From positions 1 to 40,603 of the forward strand of contig FLMG01003868.1 of the NCBI GenBank assembly GCA_900088475.1: a DNA stretch of 40,603 bases. The letters are read 5' to 3'. Positions 1 to 10,320 of the stretch are shown here, one piece after another; within the stretch, counting starts at the first letter, position 1; each line of letters starts with the position of its first letter. The notes below the pieces were generated by a model. The model was not told the DNA's origin, did no database searches, and saw only the letters and a list, made by a program, of their open reading frames with translations. This stretch comes from Hyphochytrium catenoides (taxonomy: Eukaryota > Protista > Hyphochytriomycota). The translations under genes and the position numbers were made by a program.

Positions 1-95
1 GAGAGAGAGAGAGAGGGTAGAAGGCAGCTATCTGTGTAGACGGAGCATGGAGATATAGGGAGGGAAGGGAGAGGCTGACTCTGCCAAGGCTGTAC

Positions 96-1393
96 CTTGT
101 AGAGGTATTCTGGAGGAGGAGAACATCCGCAAGAGCTGGACCATACAGAGGGACCTCCCTCTCTCTACATCGGGATCTAGCTGACCCGTGCGCAGGTCAT
201 GGATCATCTTAGCGGAGGACACCAGGATAGCGGCAGCGCGAGAAGAAGTCGTCCTTCTTGTAGGATCCGGAGAGAACCCTAGCGCTACATTGCTGTTTAT
301 AGGCGGAGGATACCGCCCTTTTAGATACATTTCTTGCCAGAAGTCCGCTACGAAGGACTTGTCGGTCTAGGAGGACAGAACGGGCCCGGGAGAGAGGCAG
401 TGTATGTCAGTGAACAGGAGTTCCATTGCAGGCGAGAGGCTAACGCTTATGATAAAATCCGGAACAGTGGAAGAGGAGCTGTGCGGAGGAGAAGTAGATC
501 AGAGCTAGGGTTGTTGGGAGGAAAGAACAGAGACCGTTACAGAGAGAGAGAAAGGACTGAGAAGGAGGACCAAGGATCCAGAGGGAAAAGTCAAAGAGAA
601 GAGAAAGACAAGACAGATAAAGATGGAGACAAAAAGAACGAAGAACGAGGCAGCGAGATGGAAAAGAGAAGCAAACATCCAGAGTTCGCGGTGATGGGCA
701 TGGAGAGAGAAAGAGAAAGGAGAGAGAGGGGCAGCACGGTAGGTGAGAGGCAGTAGAGAAGAGACAGAGAAAGGGTAGAGAAGTGCAGAAGAGACCACTG
801 CAGACAGCTCCTATTATTCTACTGACCCTTCCATCCAGCTCTTCCAGCCGCCGCTGTAGCTCTTGTCCTTCCTGACTCTGCTCAAAGTCACGAACAACCT
901 CTCTCACCCTCTCAACCTCTGCAGTTGAAAGGAGAGGCTTGAGGACGTGTAGATACCGCTGACAAGTCTGTGATAGAGTAGGCAGAGGAAGCTTGGGCAG
1001 CTGGCGGGCATGGTCTGGCCAGTCCGCAGTCAACAGAGAAGTGAACGACGCACCAGGGAAAGGATAGGAGGATGAACTGTCTACTGAGAGAGTAGAAGAG
1101 CAGACTTCTGCGTCAAGCTTCGCGGTGCCGATACCATTGCTAGAAGATGACAATGCTTTAGACAGGAGGATTTGACCCAGGAGGACCTGCAGTCGCCTCT
1201 CCTGTACCTCCAAGACTGAAGGGTCAATTGGCAATCCGACTTCTCCATTGACAGCGTCGAGTAGACTAAGTTTTAGCGCTTCTAATGACTGCCGAAGGGA
1301 GAGCGGCGAGCCGACCTGCCTAGTTTCCTCGTCCTTCCGCCCTGGCGCCTCCTGACGAGCGCTGCACCCCGATCGTCTTTCTCTTCGCCCCAT
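96..1393 (-). CDS. Carnitine/choline O-acyltransferase family protein (CPT2/CrAT-like), 5' portion; continues off the left edge of the window
   Basis: Family N-terminal signature LPKLPLPTLSQTCQRYL..LKPLL and GQELQRRL in exon ~1393-827 (donor GTCAGT). After a phase-0 intron, exon 366-96 reads TDKSFVADFWQEMYLKGRYPPPINSN...DPDV...LCMVQL.RMFSSSRIP. The true start is uncertain; an upstream ATG at 1563 may belong to a further exon. Confidence 0.88.
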
Positions 1394-2294
1394 CCCTGCA
1401 ATAGGTTCAACGGCTTAAAATCCTCAGTAGTCCGTCAGGCGCGGTTGACCCTTCGAAAGTCTACAGTTATCCGATGGGCTTGAGTGGGCCTCTGATATAG
1501 CCTCAACGTCTCTACTGCTGAAGGACTGGCAAATCTCCACTTCAGAACGAGACGAGTCTGCATTCTGAAGATTCGATGAAGCTGCAAAAGGACATTTCTT
1601 CAGAAAGCTCGAGCGTCAAATAAGCTGTGAACTATCTTTGTGCATATGTAAAACTTCATTTCTTGACAATGCGAAAAATGTATTGACAGCTGCATTGACC
1701 ATACTCTACAGGAGGTTTCCATAGGAAAGCGCATATATTTTACTTCACCTGGTTTGTAGGATGTGAATTATAGCCCAGATTCAGTGTCAAGAATGCCGTT
1801 TATTTGGGGTGCACGCTGGAATATCCTGCCGGATCCGATGTGATAGTGGCCGCTAACGCCTCTGTCCTGGCCAAATGGTAAGCTTCTTATTATTATCTCC
1901 TCGGATGAATGATTGACAAGCAGCAGCTGAAGAATCCACTCTATTTCCCTCTTCTCCTCCTAACAAAAATAGCTGACAATATTAAGGTGGAAGCAAAGAG
2001 AGAAGTTCATTGCTGCTTCTCAGCCGGGCCCGTGAGCGCCTCTCACTCAGGCGTGACGCCTCCGGAGGAGGGAGAGGCCACGGCGATGATGATGATGATG
2101 ATGATGAGGAGGAGGAGGAGGCACTATACGACGCATCATCATCATATCACTTCTTCTTCATGCAGACTCTTTCTATCTGAAGCCTGCTGCTGCTAATAAG
2201 AAGTTCCATGATGAATGGCCAGGGAAATACGGCGAGGAGTAGATCCTTTTACAGAGGAGAGTGAGAAATGATGTCATGGTTGTTGTGTTGTTTG

Positions 2295-2327
2295 CTTCTT
2301 CTTCTTCTTCTTCTTCTTCTTCTTCTT
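2295..2327. repeat. (CTT)n microsatellite
   Basis: Directly visible trinucleotide run. Confidence 0.95.
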
Positions 2328-2868
2328 CCTTCTCCTCCTCCCATTCTCCTCTGTTTGTTGTTATTACGATGATTCTCTCTTATCTTCTTCCTCCTCTAAA
2401 TAGAGTATTATAGTTGAAGAGAAAGAGAATTGTTCAGAAAGTTCAAGAGTTCTTAGCTCTTGTCTCTTCTTCTTCATCAGTCTTATTAGCTCTTTTGTCT
2501 TCTTTCCTCGGTTTTCTTCTCTTGTTGGTCTTCTCTGGCACTTCTTCTCCTTATCGATCGTCGATAGTAGTAGTGGGACAACACCTTACTAATAAGTAGA
2601 ATCTAAGATTGTAACTAAGAAAGAATATATAAGAAGGCGATGCAGCAAGGATCAGAGTCGACGGGTAGTAGGCCTGTTGAGAAGTTGACGTAGAGGGTGG
2701 AGGAGGTCAGTCGTCAGTTGCGACGGAATTAACTGGCGCAGACTTCGGAGAGAGGAAGAAAAAACAAAAGAAGTAGTAGTGGCCGCACCGATGAAGAAGT
2801 GAACACCACTACTACTAGAACCTTCTCGTCTCCTTCTTCTATCATACATATTATTATTATGGATGTAT

Positions 2869-2898
2869 ATGATGATGATGATGATGATGATGATGATG
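2869..2898. repeat. (ATG)n microsatellite
   Basis: Directly visible trinucleotide run. Confidence 0.95.
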
Positions 2899-3662
2899 TT
2901 GTTGTTGACCACCAGGAAGACGACTGAATGCTACTACTAACAGCCACCACGCACGCCTCCTCCTCCTGACGCCATTGTTGCGAATTAGGAGGACTTTGAA
3001 CTAAACAACTTGCTCATCATTTTATTAGCGATAGGTTTGATTGTTATGCTGCACATCCTACACTACTGGAAGACCAACAAACAGAAGGCAAAACTCATCA
3101 TTCTAGTGGTGCCATATCTTCTGCTGCGTGCAGCTCAGCTTCTAATAATATATTATCTGTAGTAGATGATAGCGGCAGGAGGCAAGAAGAAGAAGAATAG
3201 TAGTGCTGCTTGCCTACTACTACTACTAGTTGTTGACTGAACAAAAAATCAGAAGAGGACATGAAAGGGAGCGAGAGAGAGAAGACTGGCGATGAGAGAC
3301 TCTGGCGATGGGAGACAATCAAGGAGCGCAAGAAGAGCAGCAAAAGCAGGAGGAGGAGGAGAAAGTGAAGAAGAAGTTTGATGATGAGAAGTTTATGATG
3401 ATGATGATGAGTTGTTGTTGGATTTTTTTTGGCGGGAAGGCGTTGCTTTTGAAACTTGGTACAGGACACTTTTTTGGCTCCATTTGAAAGTATTGAAATT
3501 TTAAGAAAAGGTAGTATGAAGCTTTCACAAACAGGGGAAGTTTATCCCTGTTTATTTATCTTTTCTGTGATCATGAACCATACAAATGTTCGTTTCTGGA
3601 AATTTGTGTCACGGCATGAGAGGAGGAAGACAAGACCTTTATAGAGAGGAAAGGTAGTGAGG

Positions 3663-3666
<4 letters not shown>

Positions 3667-3710
<44 letters not shown>
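3667..3710. repeat. (GA)n microsatellite, representative of many GA/CT tracts in introns and intergenic DNA (e.g. ~13950-14110, 21900-22100, 38400-38480, 38690-38820, 40060-40220)
   Basis: Directly visible. Several N-gaps sit inside such tracts. Confidence 0.95.
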
Positions 3711-3717
<7 letters not shown>

Positions 3718-4110
3718 GGAGGGACACAGAGAGAGAGAGATGAGAAAATAAAGAGAAAGGAGAGGGAGGGAGAAGAAGAGGGGATAAGAGGGCAAGAAAG
3801 TGAGCAAGCAAGCAAACAAGCAGAACAAGGCTTTAGCAGTTGAAGAAGGAGAAGGGCGCCGGGATGAGCACGATTGAGAAGCTTTCGTCGACGACAAAGG
3901 CGAAGCACCGCCTCCATCCCTGAGAGACACCTCTTCTGCCCTAAACAGTGAGAAGTCAAGGCGCCAAGAAAGCAACAGCCCTGAGGGGCGAGCGCGTCAG
4001 AGCTCGAGGTCGCGCGGATTCTGACTGCAGCGCTGCGTTGACAGGAGACAAAAGAGGCATGCTCACGTGTTAATGCCGCCGCTTCTCCGTCCTTTATCCT
4101 TGTCCTGTCG

Positions 4111-7100
4111 ATGGTGACTCCACCAGCCTTCTCCAACGAGTTCTGTTTGGAGGTTCTGGATGCTGTGTGGACCGCCGCGGACAGAAGAGATGACCACCAA
4201 CCACGTCCTCCAAAGCGTGCATCAGCTGCCAGGAGCTTTGCGGTGGGCGGTAGAATTGACGCCGAGCTCCTCCACCGCAGCCCACAGACGAAGAATGTGG
4301 AGACTGTCTCTCAGAACTGCGGTGCTTTCTTGCAGTCGCTGACAGTGGAAGGTGTGGGTGAGCTGCCACTGCCTCTCTCTCTCGGCAATCTGGCGCGGCT
4401 CCAGTCATTCTGTGAGGCCCAAACGACGCAGGATGCGAAGGGAGGGGACGGGCAAGAGGACCCAAAGCCTCGAACGAAGCCCTGGCAGCTGGACGCCGCC
4501 AAATTCTCCTGCCAATGGAAGACAGAGCGTGGCCAACAAGGAGCATCAGGAACAGATGCCAGTTTCTTTCTCTCTTCGACAGTGCAGCAACTCGCACTGC
4601 AAGCTGCAGGTCAATTGGGTCTCAATGGGGTGGCGTTGAAGATGCAGGCCCGGCCGAACAAGCTCTTCTTCTGGGGAAAAGGGTCAGGCCTAAAGGAAGA
4701 CAAGGCGTCAGACCAGCGGGACGGTAAGATTGGCACGTTAATCGTCCAGCTGCCTACAAAGACGGGCTATGAGGGTGGGACCTTGGTCGTGCGGCAGAGA
4801 GGAACCTGCAGGACCTTCGACTTCTCGTCATCGAGCCAAAGTGGCGCCTTTTTCAGTGCTTTCTTCGCCGATTGCGCTTACGAGGTGGCGCCAGTGACCT
4901 CAGGCTGTTGCCTCTGGCTTGTGTTTGACCTAATACGACTGAACAGGAAGCTTTCTAAAGGTCAGAGTGCTCTGCAGGCCTTCAGTGAGGCTGTGGCCAA
5001 CACCGAGGCGGCGCTTAGGCCCTGGTATAGCGCCATCGAAGCTGAAAATGCAAGGTGGAGCGCTGCTGTTCAGAGGGAAAGACAGAGTACAGGGGTCTCA
5101 CCAAAGCAGAAGGAACAAGAAGAACCAGAAGGTGAAGCAGACATTGAGAGACAGAGCGGAAAATTGAGAGAGAACGAGGTCGAGACAGACGAGGAGACCA
5201 GACGACCCGAGAGGACCTCTTGGCCCAGCAAGCTCGCCATTCCTTTGAGGCACAAGTACTCGGCGTGGCAGCTGTCCTTCCCTCATTTGCACACAGACGA
5301 CAGAGTTCTAACAGAGATTCTCAAGAGCTGCAGAGACCCTCAAGGGAAGCCGTGGCTAGATGTCAAGCTCTGCATGCTTAGAAAACGTGTGGAAGGTATG
5401 CCTGAGGACTACTTTTTCCTCGCCTACAAGTACCCAGAGCGCTTCAGGTCCTCCTCCAGCGAGGAGGAGGAGATGGAAGACGAACAAGAAGAGGATGATA
5501 GCAAAGTAAAAGAACAAGAAGAGAGGAGAGGAGAGAAGAGTGATGACGAGTCTTCGGAAGACACCTGGAACTCTGAAAAGGAAGAACGGCGGTATAACGA
5601 AGAAGAAGACGCAGATGAAGAGGGAGACTGGAGCTGGGGAGAAGAAGGATCGTGTCTNNNNNNNNNNNNNNNNNNNNNNNNNNNNNNNNNNNNNNNNNNN
5701 NNNNNNNNNNNNNNNNNNGGAGGAAGAAAAGGAACAGGCTGACGATGAAGAGAGACGACTGCTGACCGCCAAACCCCTAGTGAAGAAGCCAAAAATGAGA
5801 GAGAGGGAGACGAGGCAGTTAAGGGAAGAAGAGGAGAAAAAGAGAGAGAGAGATAAGGCAGCACAGATTAGAGAAGGAGGAGAGAAAAAGGCAGGCAGCA
5901 AAGGAAGACAGGATCAAGAAAGAGATGAACGCTGCGGGCGTGGGCATCACTGACATCTGGTGGATGGGAACAGAGACGAAGACCGTGTTTGGACCTAAAA
6001 ACAGGAGAGATCTTGACTTCTCAGCGCATGTAGACGTAGAGGGAGAGGTTCTCTTCAACAGAGAAGAGAGAGACGAGCCCTTTGACTTCTCCCTTGCGCC
6101 CGTTGACGATAAGACGGAAGACTACGTCGAGGACATTGACGGGCCAAGGCTGACAGCGTGGTACGAGACGGCGGTGCTGGTGGCCTGGCCCAAAAGCAGA
6201 GCCATTTCAATTGCTTGTGAGGCAGACCTCGATGTCATCCTGCGCAAGGCAGAAGAGGCGGCGATAGATGAACGAAGAGAAGAAGAAGCAAGATCCTTGC
6301 TGCTGGACATGGTGGCTTACCTTGAGAGACTAAGCGCACCCACAGAACGAGAGGACGTCCTGTCGTCCCAGTTGAACAACAAGGTTAGGAGTCTCTCGCT
6401 ACCAGTACCACGGCTGTTGGATCTTTCTCTCTCCCTCAACAGTCTTACGGAGTCCTTGCGAGTGCTTCGCTTGCTGGGCCGCTTGGTGCACCAGGAGCGC
6501 CGTCTCCCTCCCTTCCACAGTGCTCTGACGACAGCGTTAGCTGGCTCTATCGCATCTCTGATTGAGAGAGTTGGCTGGACATCGTGTTCTGCTGACTCCG
6601 TCCTCGGCCTTCTAGCGCCCTACCGCGTGCGGTCTGAAGGTCCTCACTATGCGGCTCTTGTTTCAGAGCTCCAGTCGAGAGGAGAGTGGGAAGGGGCGGA
6701 GGCGATCGGCAAGAAAACGTTGAGCTTCTTCATCTCTTCCCGGAGAGAAGGAGCTCCTGCCTTGTCTCTCTCTTCTCTCTCTATTGACGTCCTCTGCCGC
6801 ATCACGGAGATGATGCTCTCTCTCCCTAGTTGCCTGGAAAACTATGTAGAGAACCTCAGAAGAGCCCTTCCCGCCCTGAAGACCTCAGACCTAGCCCAAC
6901 TCCTTCTTCATCTTCACTCTGCGCAACTCCCCGTCCGAAAGGAAGAGAAGAGACGCACTTCTTCTCCGCCTTCTTCAGCTTCAAACCTTGCCACTCAGAC
7001 TTATAGCTCAGTGAAGGAGAATCCGTCGTCGTTGGATCTCTTTAAGTCTATCTGCCGCCTGCTGACAGGCAGAGATCTGAAGCCTCGAGAGAGTAGGGCC

Positions 7101-8150
7101 CATGCTCTTCCTATCGTTCGTATCTTCGAAGCCTTCTTGTGGCTTGGAGACACTGGTCTCTTCTCTTCTCTCTGCAGGGCTGTCCTGCACCAGTCCCGAA
7201 AGCGGAATACAAGGAGACTTTTGAAGAGAATCTACCGAAGCTCTTCTCTCTGTCAGACAGCGGCAGCGACAAACACACCTGCGTTGCAAGCTTGCCTTCG
7301 CGCGCCATTTACGGAGAGAATCAATGAGTTAGAGCGCCGCCAGACTAAGAAGCCAGAGTTCAGCTGGATGCAGCCAAAGGCTTACTTTCCTGGCCATCCT
7401 CAGGTGGAAGATTTCCTTAGAGGCCCAGATGAAAGCTTTATCTATGGCGTCGCCGGTGGTCTTCCCGGTGCTAGACAGTTCAAAAGAGATTACTTTGAAA
7501 GAAGAAACTGCAGGTACAACGACTATAGCGCCGCAGCGACGGAGAGAGGGAGAGGGAAGGAAGCGCATGTAATCATTAGGAAGACGAAAGAGCTGTTTCT
7601 CATCGAGCTTGACAAATGGACAAAGGTAGACAACGAACTGCAGAAGTTGCGGAGACAGAGAAAGACGTTAGGCCCTTCTTCCACCGCCGAGGAAGAGGCC
7701 ATCCTGCAAGCCTCTATCTTGAATCGACCTTCAGGCAGCGCCGCCGCTCTTCCACAGCCGCAAATGCAGAAGAGAAAGAGGCAGAATATCTCTTCTTCCA
7801 CAAGTGAGAGAGACCACCCCGCGCCACGATCCTCTTTCTCGATAGGGCTACCGCGTTGGCGGGGACTGGCCACAAAAGCCGCGAGGAAGAGCGCACCGTG
7901 GTCCGGACCTACGAATGTGAGCAACTTTGGGGCAAGAAAGTGCTCTCCGGACATTCCTTTTCCCTCTTGGAACTGCCGGGCAAACTCTTCGTTTTCGCAG
8001 CCAAGGCTGCAGAGCGACAAGAAACGTGAAGTTCTCTCTTCTTCCCTACCTTGCGCAGTGATGGACAGCAGTCCTATGAAGAAGCAGAAGAGACAGAGAC
8101 AGAAGACCAGAGGACAGGCGGAGTTCATTGACCTGACAAGGGATGAATGA
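4111..8150 (+). CDS. Large intronless 2OG-Fe(II) oxygenase-fold protein (~1300 aa if joined), degenerate active site; interrupted by an N-gap (5658-5718) and an apparent frameshift at ~5841-5853; possibly a pseudogene
   Basis: Motifs typical of this family: LTVEGVGELPLPL, PWQLD, KLFFW..G, GTLIVQLP...YEGGTLVVR, AFFADC.YEVAPVTSG, L.HKYS...LSF..L...DR, WYETAVLVAWPK, and C-terminal FSWMQP.A.FPGHPQVEDFLRGP...HVIIRKTK. ORFs 4111-5742, 5540-5953 and 5925-8150 are consecutive pieces. Confidence 0.75.
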
Positions 8151-9195
8151 AGCTAGAGAAAGTGAAGGAGAGAGGGAGTGAGAGAAAGAGAAGAGATGGG
8201 AGACAGTGTGTGTGTGGAGAACAATGAACATCACGCACAACATCGAACCTCTGGGCGAGAGAAGAAGAGACCGTAAGGTGTTTATCTTTTAGAGATGGCT
8301 GATTTTCCAACCTCTATCCGCTCAAGCCCTTCTCTTTACCACTAGACGTCAAGCATCCTGTCTGTTCCGCCGCACTTTCTCTGTCGCTTACAATGATCGA
8401 CACTTTCTCTGCTTACAATGACCGACGGAAGTGGACAGGAAGAAAGGTCAAGCGAGAGAGAGAAAAAGAGAGTACCGCCGAGAGGAAAGGATAAGAGAGA
8501 CTGGAGACCGAGAGAGAAAGAGAAGGGCCCTTCGTTCAGCAGAGCATTGCGACTCGACACAATGAGAGAGGGAAACAGCTCATCAACAGGCTCACAAAGA
8601 TAGGAATGCGACAAGAGGAAAGGCATGGAAATACTTGGACCAAGAGGAGAGAAAGAGAGAGAGAGAAGCCAAGGAGACGAGATAAGCTGTGAGTCCAAGA
8701 TCAACGTGGTGCAAGAGACCGAGAAAAGTAGGAGCTGTTGAAAGCTCGAGCAACCCCCAAAACTAGGAAAGAGTGGATTGGAGACACCTCTCTCTCCTGC
8801 CGTTCCCGTTTTGCTCCCACAACAATACCGTCTGTTTCCTGTGGATTTGGACTACTTTCTTCTATGTTCTGAGGTTCGCTTGGGGACGGACACAGCATCC
8901 CTGCCAGGATTGAGTTCGGCCACATCGGGTGGGCTGGCCCCTGTCGACCTTAATGGCTGTGTGTGTGTTTTAAGGGGAGAGAGAGAGAGAGAGAGAGAGT
9001 TCTCTACCGGTACCTACAACGAGTGATGCCACTAAAGCCCTTGTGGAGCCTCGGCCTTGCGATATGATGGCTGCGTCAGTTCTCTGCGCCCATCTAAAGA
9101 ACAGGACACGTCTCTCCTAGCGAGAGCCTGTCTACTGCTGGTAGTAGGAGTTCTAGGTCAGCCTTTGCTTCTGGATAGGAAAAGCGGAGTGATCA

Positions 9196-9962
9196 TATAC
9201 ATTTTAAGGGTGGTAGGGGAAGTGGTATTATTTGCTGGCACTGTCCACCTAATACAAAAGCAACTAAACCACCCAGCCGCGAGAGGAATGGGAACAGAAA
9301 GCAAGAGCCAGGCAGCGTGTCATCCTGGGAGAAGGGACTGAGACTCTTCCGCCATTTAGCGAGAGAGAGAGGAAGAGAAACCTCATCGTTCCCAGCAGGT
9401 GGGAGAGATGCTGCGAGGAGGTAGCGGCAGGAGGAGTCAACAGGATGAGGCAGAAGAAAGGCAAGAAAGGGCAGTGGCAGATGCCGAGACCGGAGGAGCA
9501 GCAGGTCTGGTAGTATCACAAGAGGAAGAGGAGGGATCACCGCCAGTGAGGCAAACCATAATAAAGTCTCAACGGGGATCCATCTGGGTGGGACACAAGT
9601 TTCAGAAGATCCGCTTCCCAGAAAAATTAGTCTGCATCTTGAGATCCATGAAGCTCAGAAACACGATAAGGACGATAGGAAGAGCCCGCTAACGGCTAGA
9701 GAAAGCCCCGTAACCTCAAAGGGAATGGGGCTGTTCCCCAAGCGATAATAGAGTCTGATACAAATAACACAGTGGTTTTGTATAAGTAGAAAGCGCTCTT
9801 TTTTTTCTCAGAGATACTTTACTTTAATATTTATTAGCTCAATAATGTAGACTCTATGAGTCCAAAAGGTGGTTTCAGAGAAAGGTTTCTGACGGTACTT
9901 ACCCTCCCTATCCCGGAGTGACGGGGGGGTGAGGGGTTGGAGTGCAAATACTAAGGAAGAGC
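9196..9962. repeat. Direct repeat copy A (~770 bp; partner 12540-13303)
   Basis: Collinear blocks shared with copy B, e.g. ttatttgctggcactgtccacc, gggactgagactcttccgccat, gccagtgaggcaaaccataataaagtctcaacggggatccatctggg, aaaaggtggtttcagagaaaggtttctgacggtact. Many substitutions and small indels. Confidence 0.95.
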
Positions 9963-10320
9963 AGTGGTCAAATCAATGACACACTCACTCTGAGGAGGGC
10001 CACTGAACAAAAAAGGAGAGTTTGTTGTAAGGATGTAAGGATGTGGAACCCGAACCCCTCGGAAAGGTATTGGGTGTTACAGTTTATTACAATCTGTCAA
10101 TCGCCCAAACAAATGAAAGGGAAAGAAAGAAAGGTCAGTGCTAAATATTATTTAGCACTGGTACCACCAGTAATTGACAACAGATGGTAAAGTGTAACAC
10201 CCAATACCTTTCCAAGGGGTTCGGGTTCCACATCCTTACATCCTTACATCAAACTCTCCTTTGTTGTTGTTCAGTGGCCCTCCTCAGAGGGAGTGTGTCA
10301 TTGATTTGACCACCTGCTCT
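9958..10320. repeat. Long imperfect inverted repeat (foldback; arms ~9958-10101 and ~10173-10320, ~70 bp loop); MITE-like or hairpin-RNA locus
   Basis: agagcagtggtcaaatcaatgacacactc...ggaaaggtattgggtgttaca is the reverse complement of tgtaacacccaatacctttcc...gagtgtgtcattgatttgaccacctgctct. Confidence 0.93.

Noticed and set aside
9399-9692. Plus-strand 97-aa ORF in repeat copy A
   Set aside because: Disrupted by a stop and a frameshift in copy B, non-ATG start, no recognisable homology.
9850-9930. Hammerhead-like ribozyme in the conserved hairpin block of the repeats
   Set aside because: No CUGANGA...GAAA core on either strand; conservation is explained as well by a splice donor region.
9962-10316. 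hAT-type element based on CAGTGG-like termini
   Set aside because: The 8-bp flanks (aggaagag vs ctctggat) do not form a target-site duplication.
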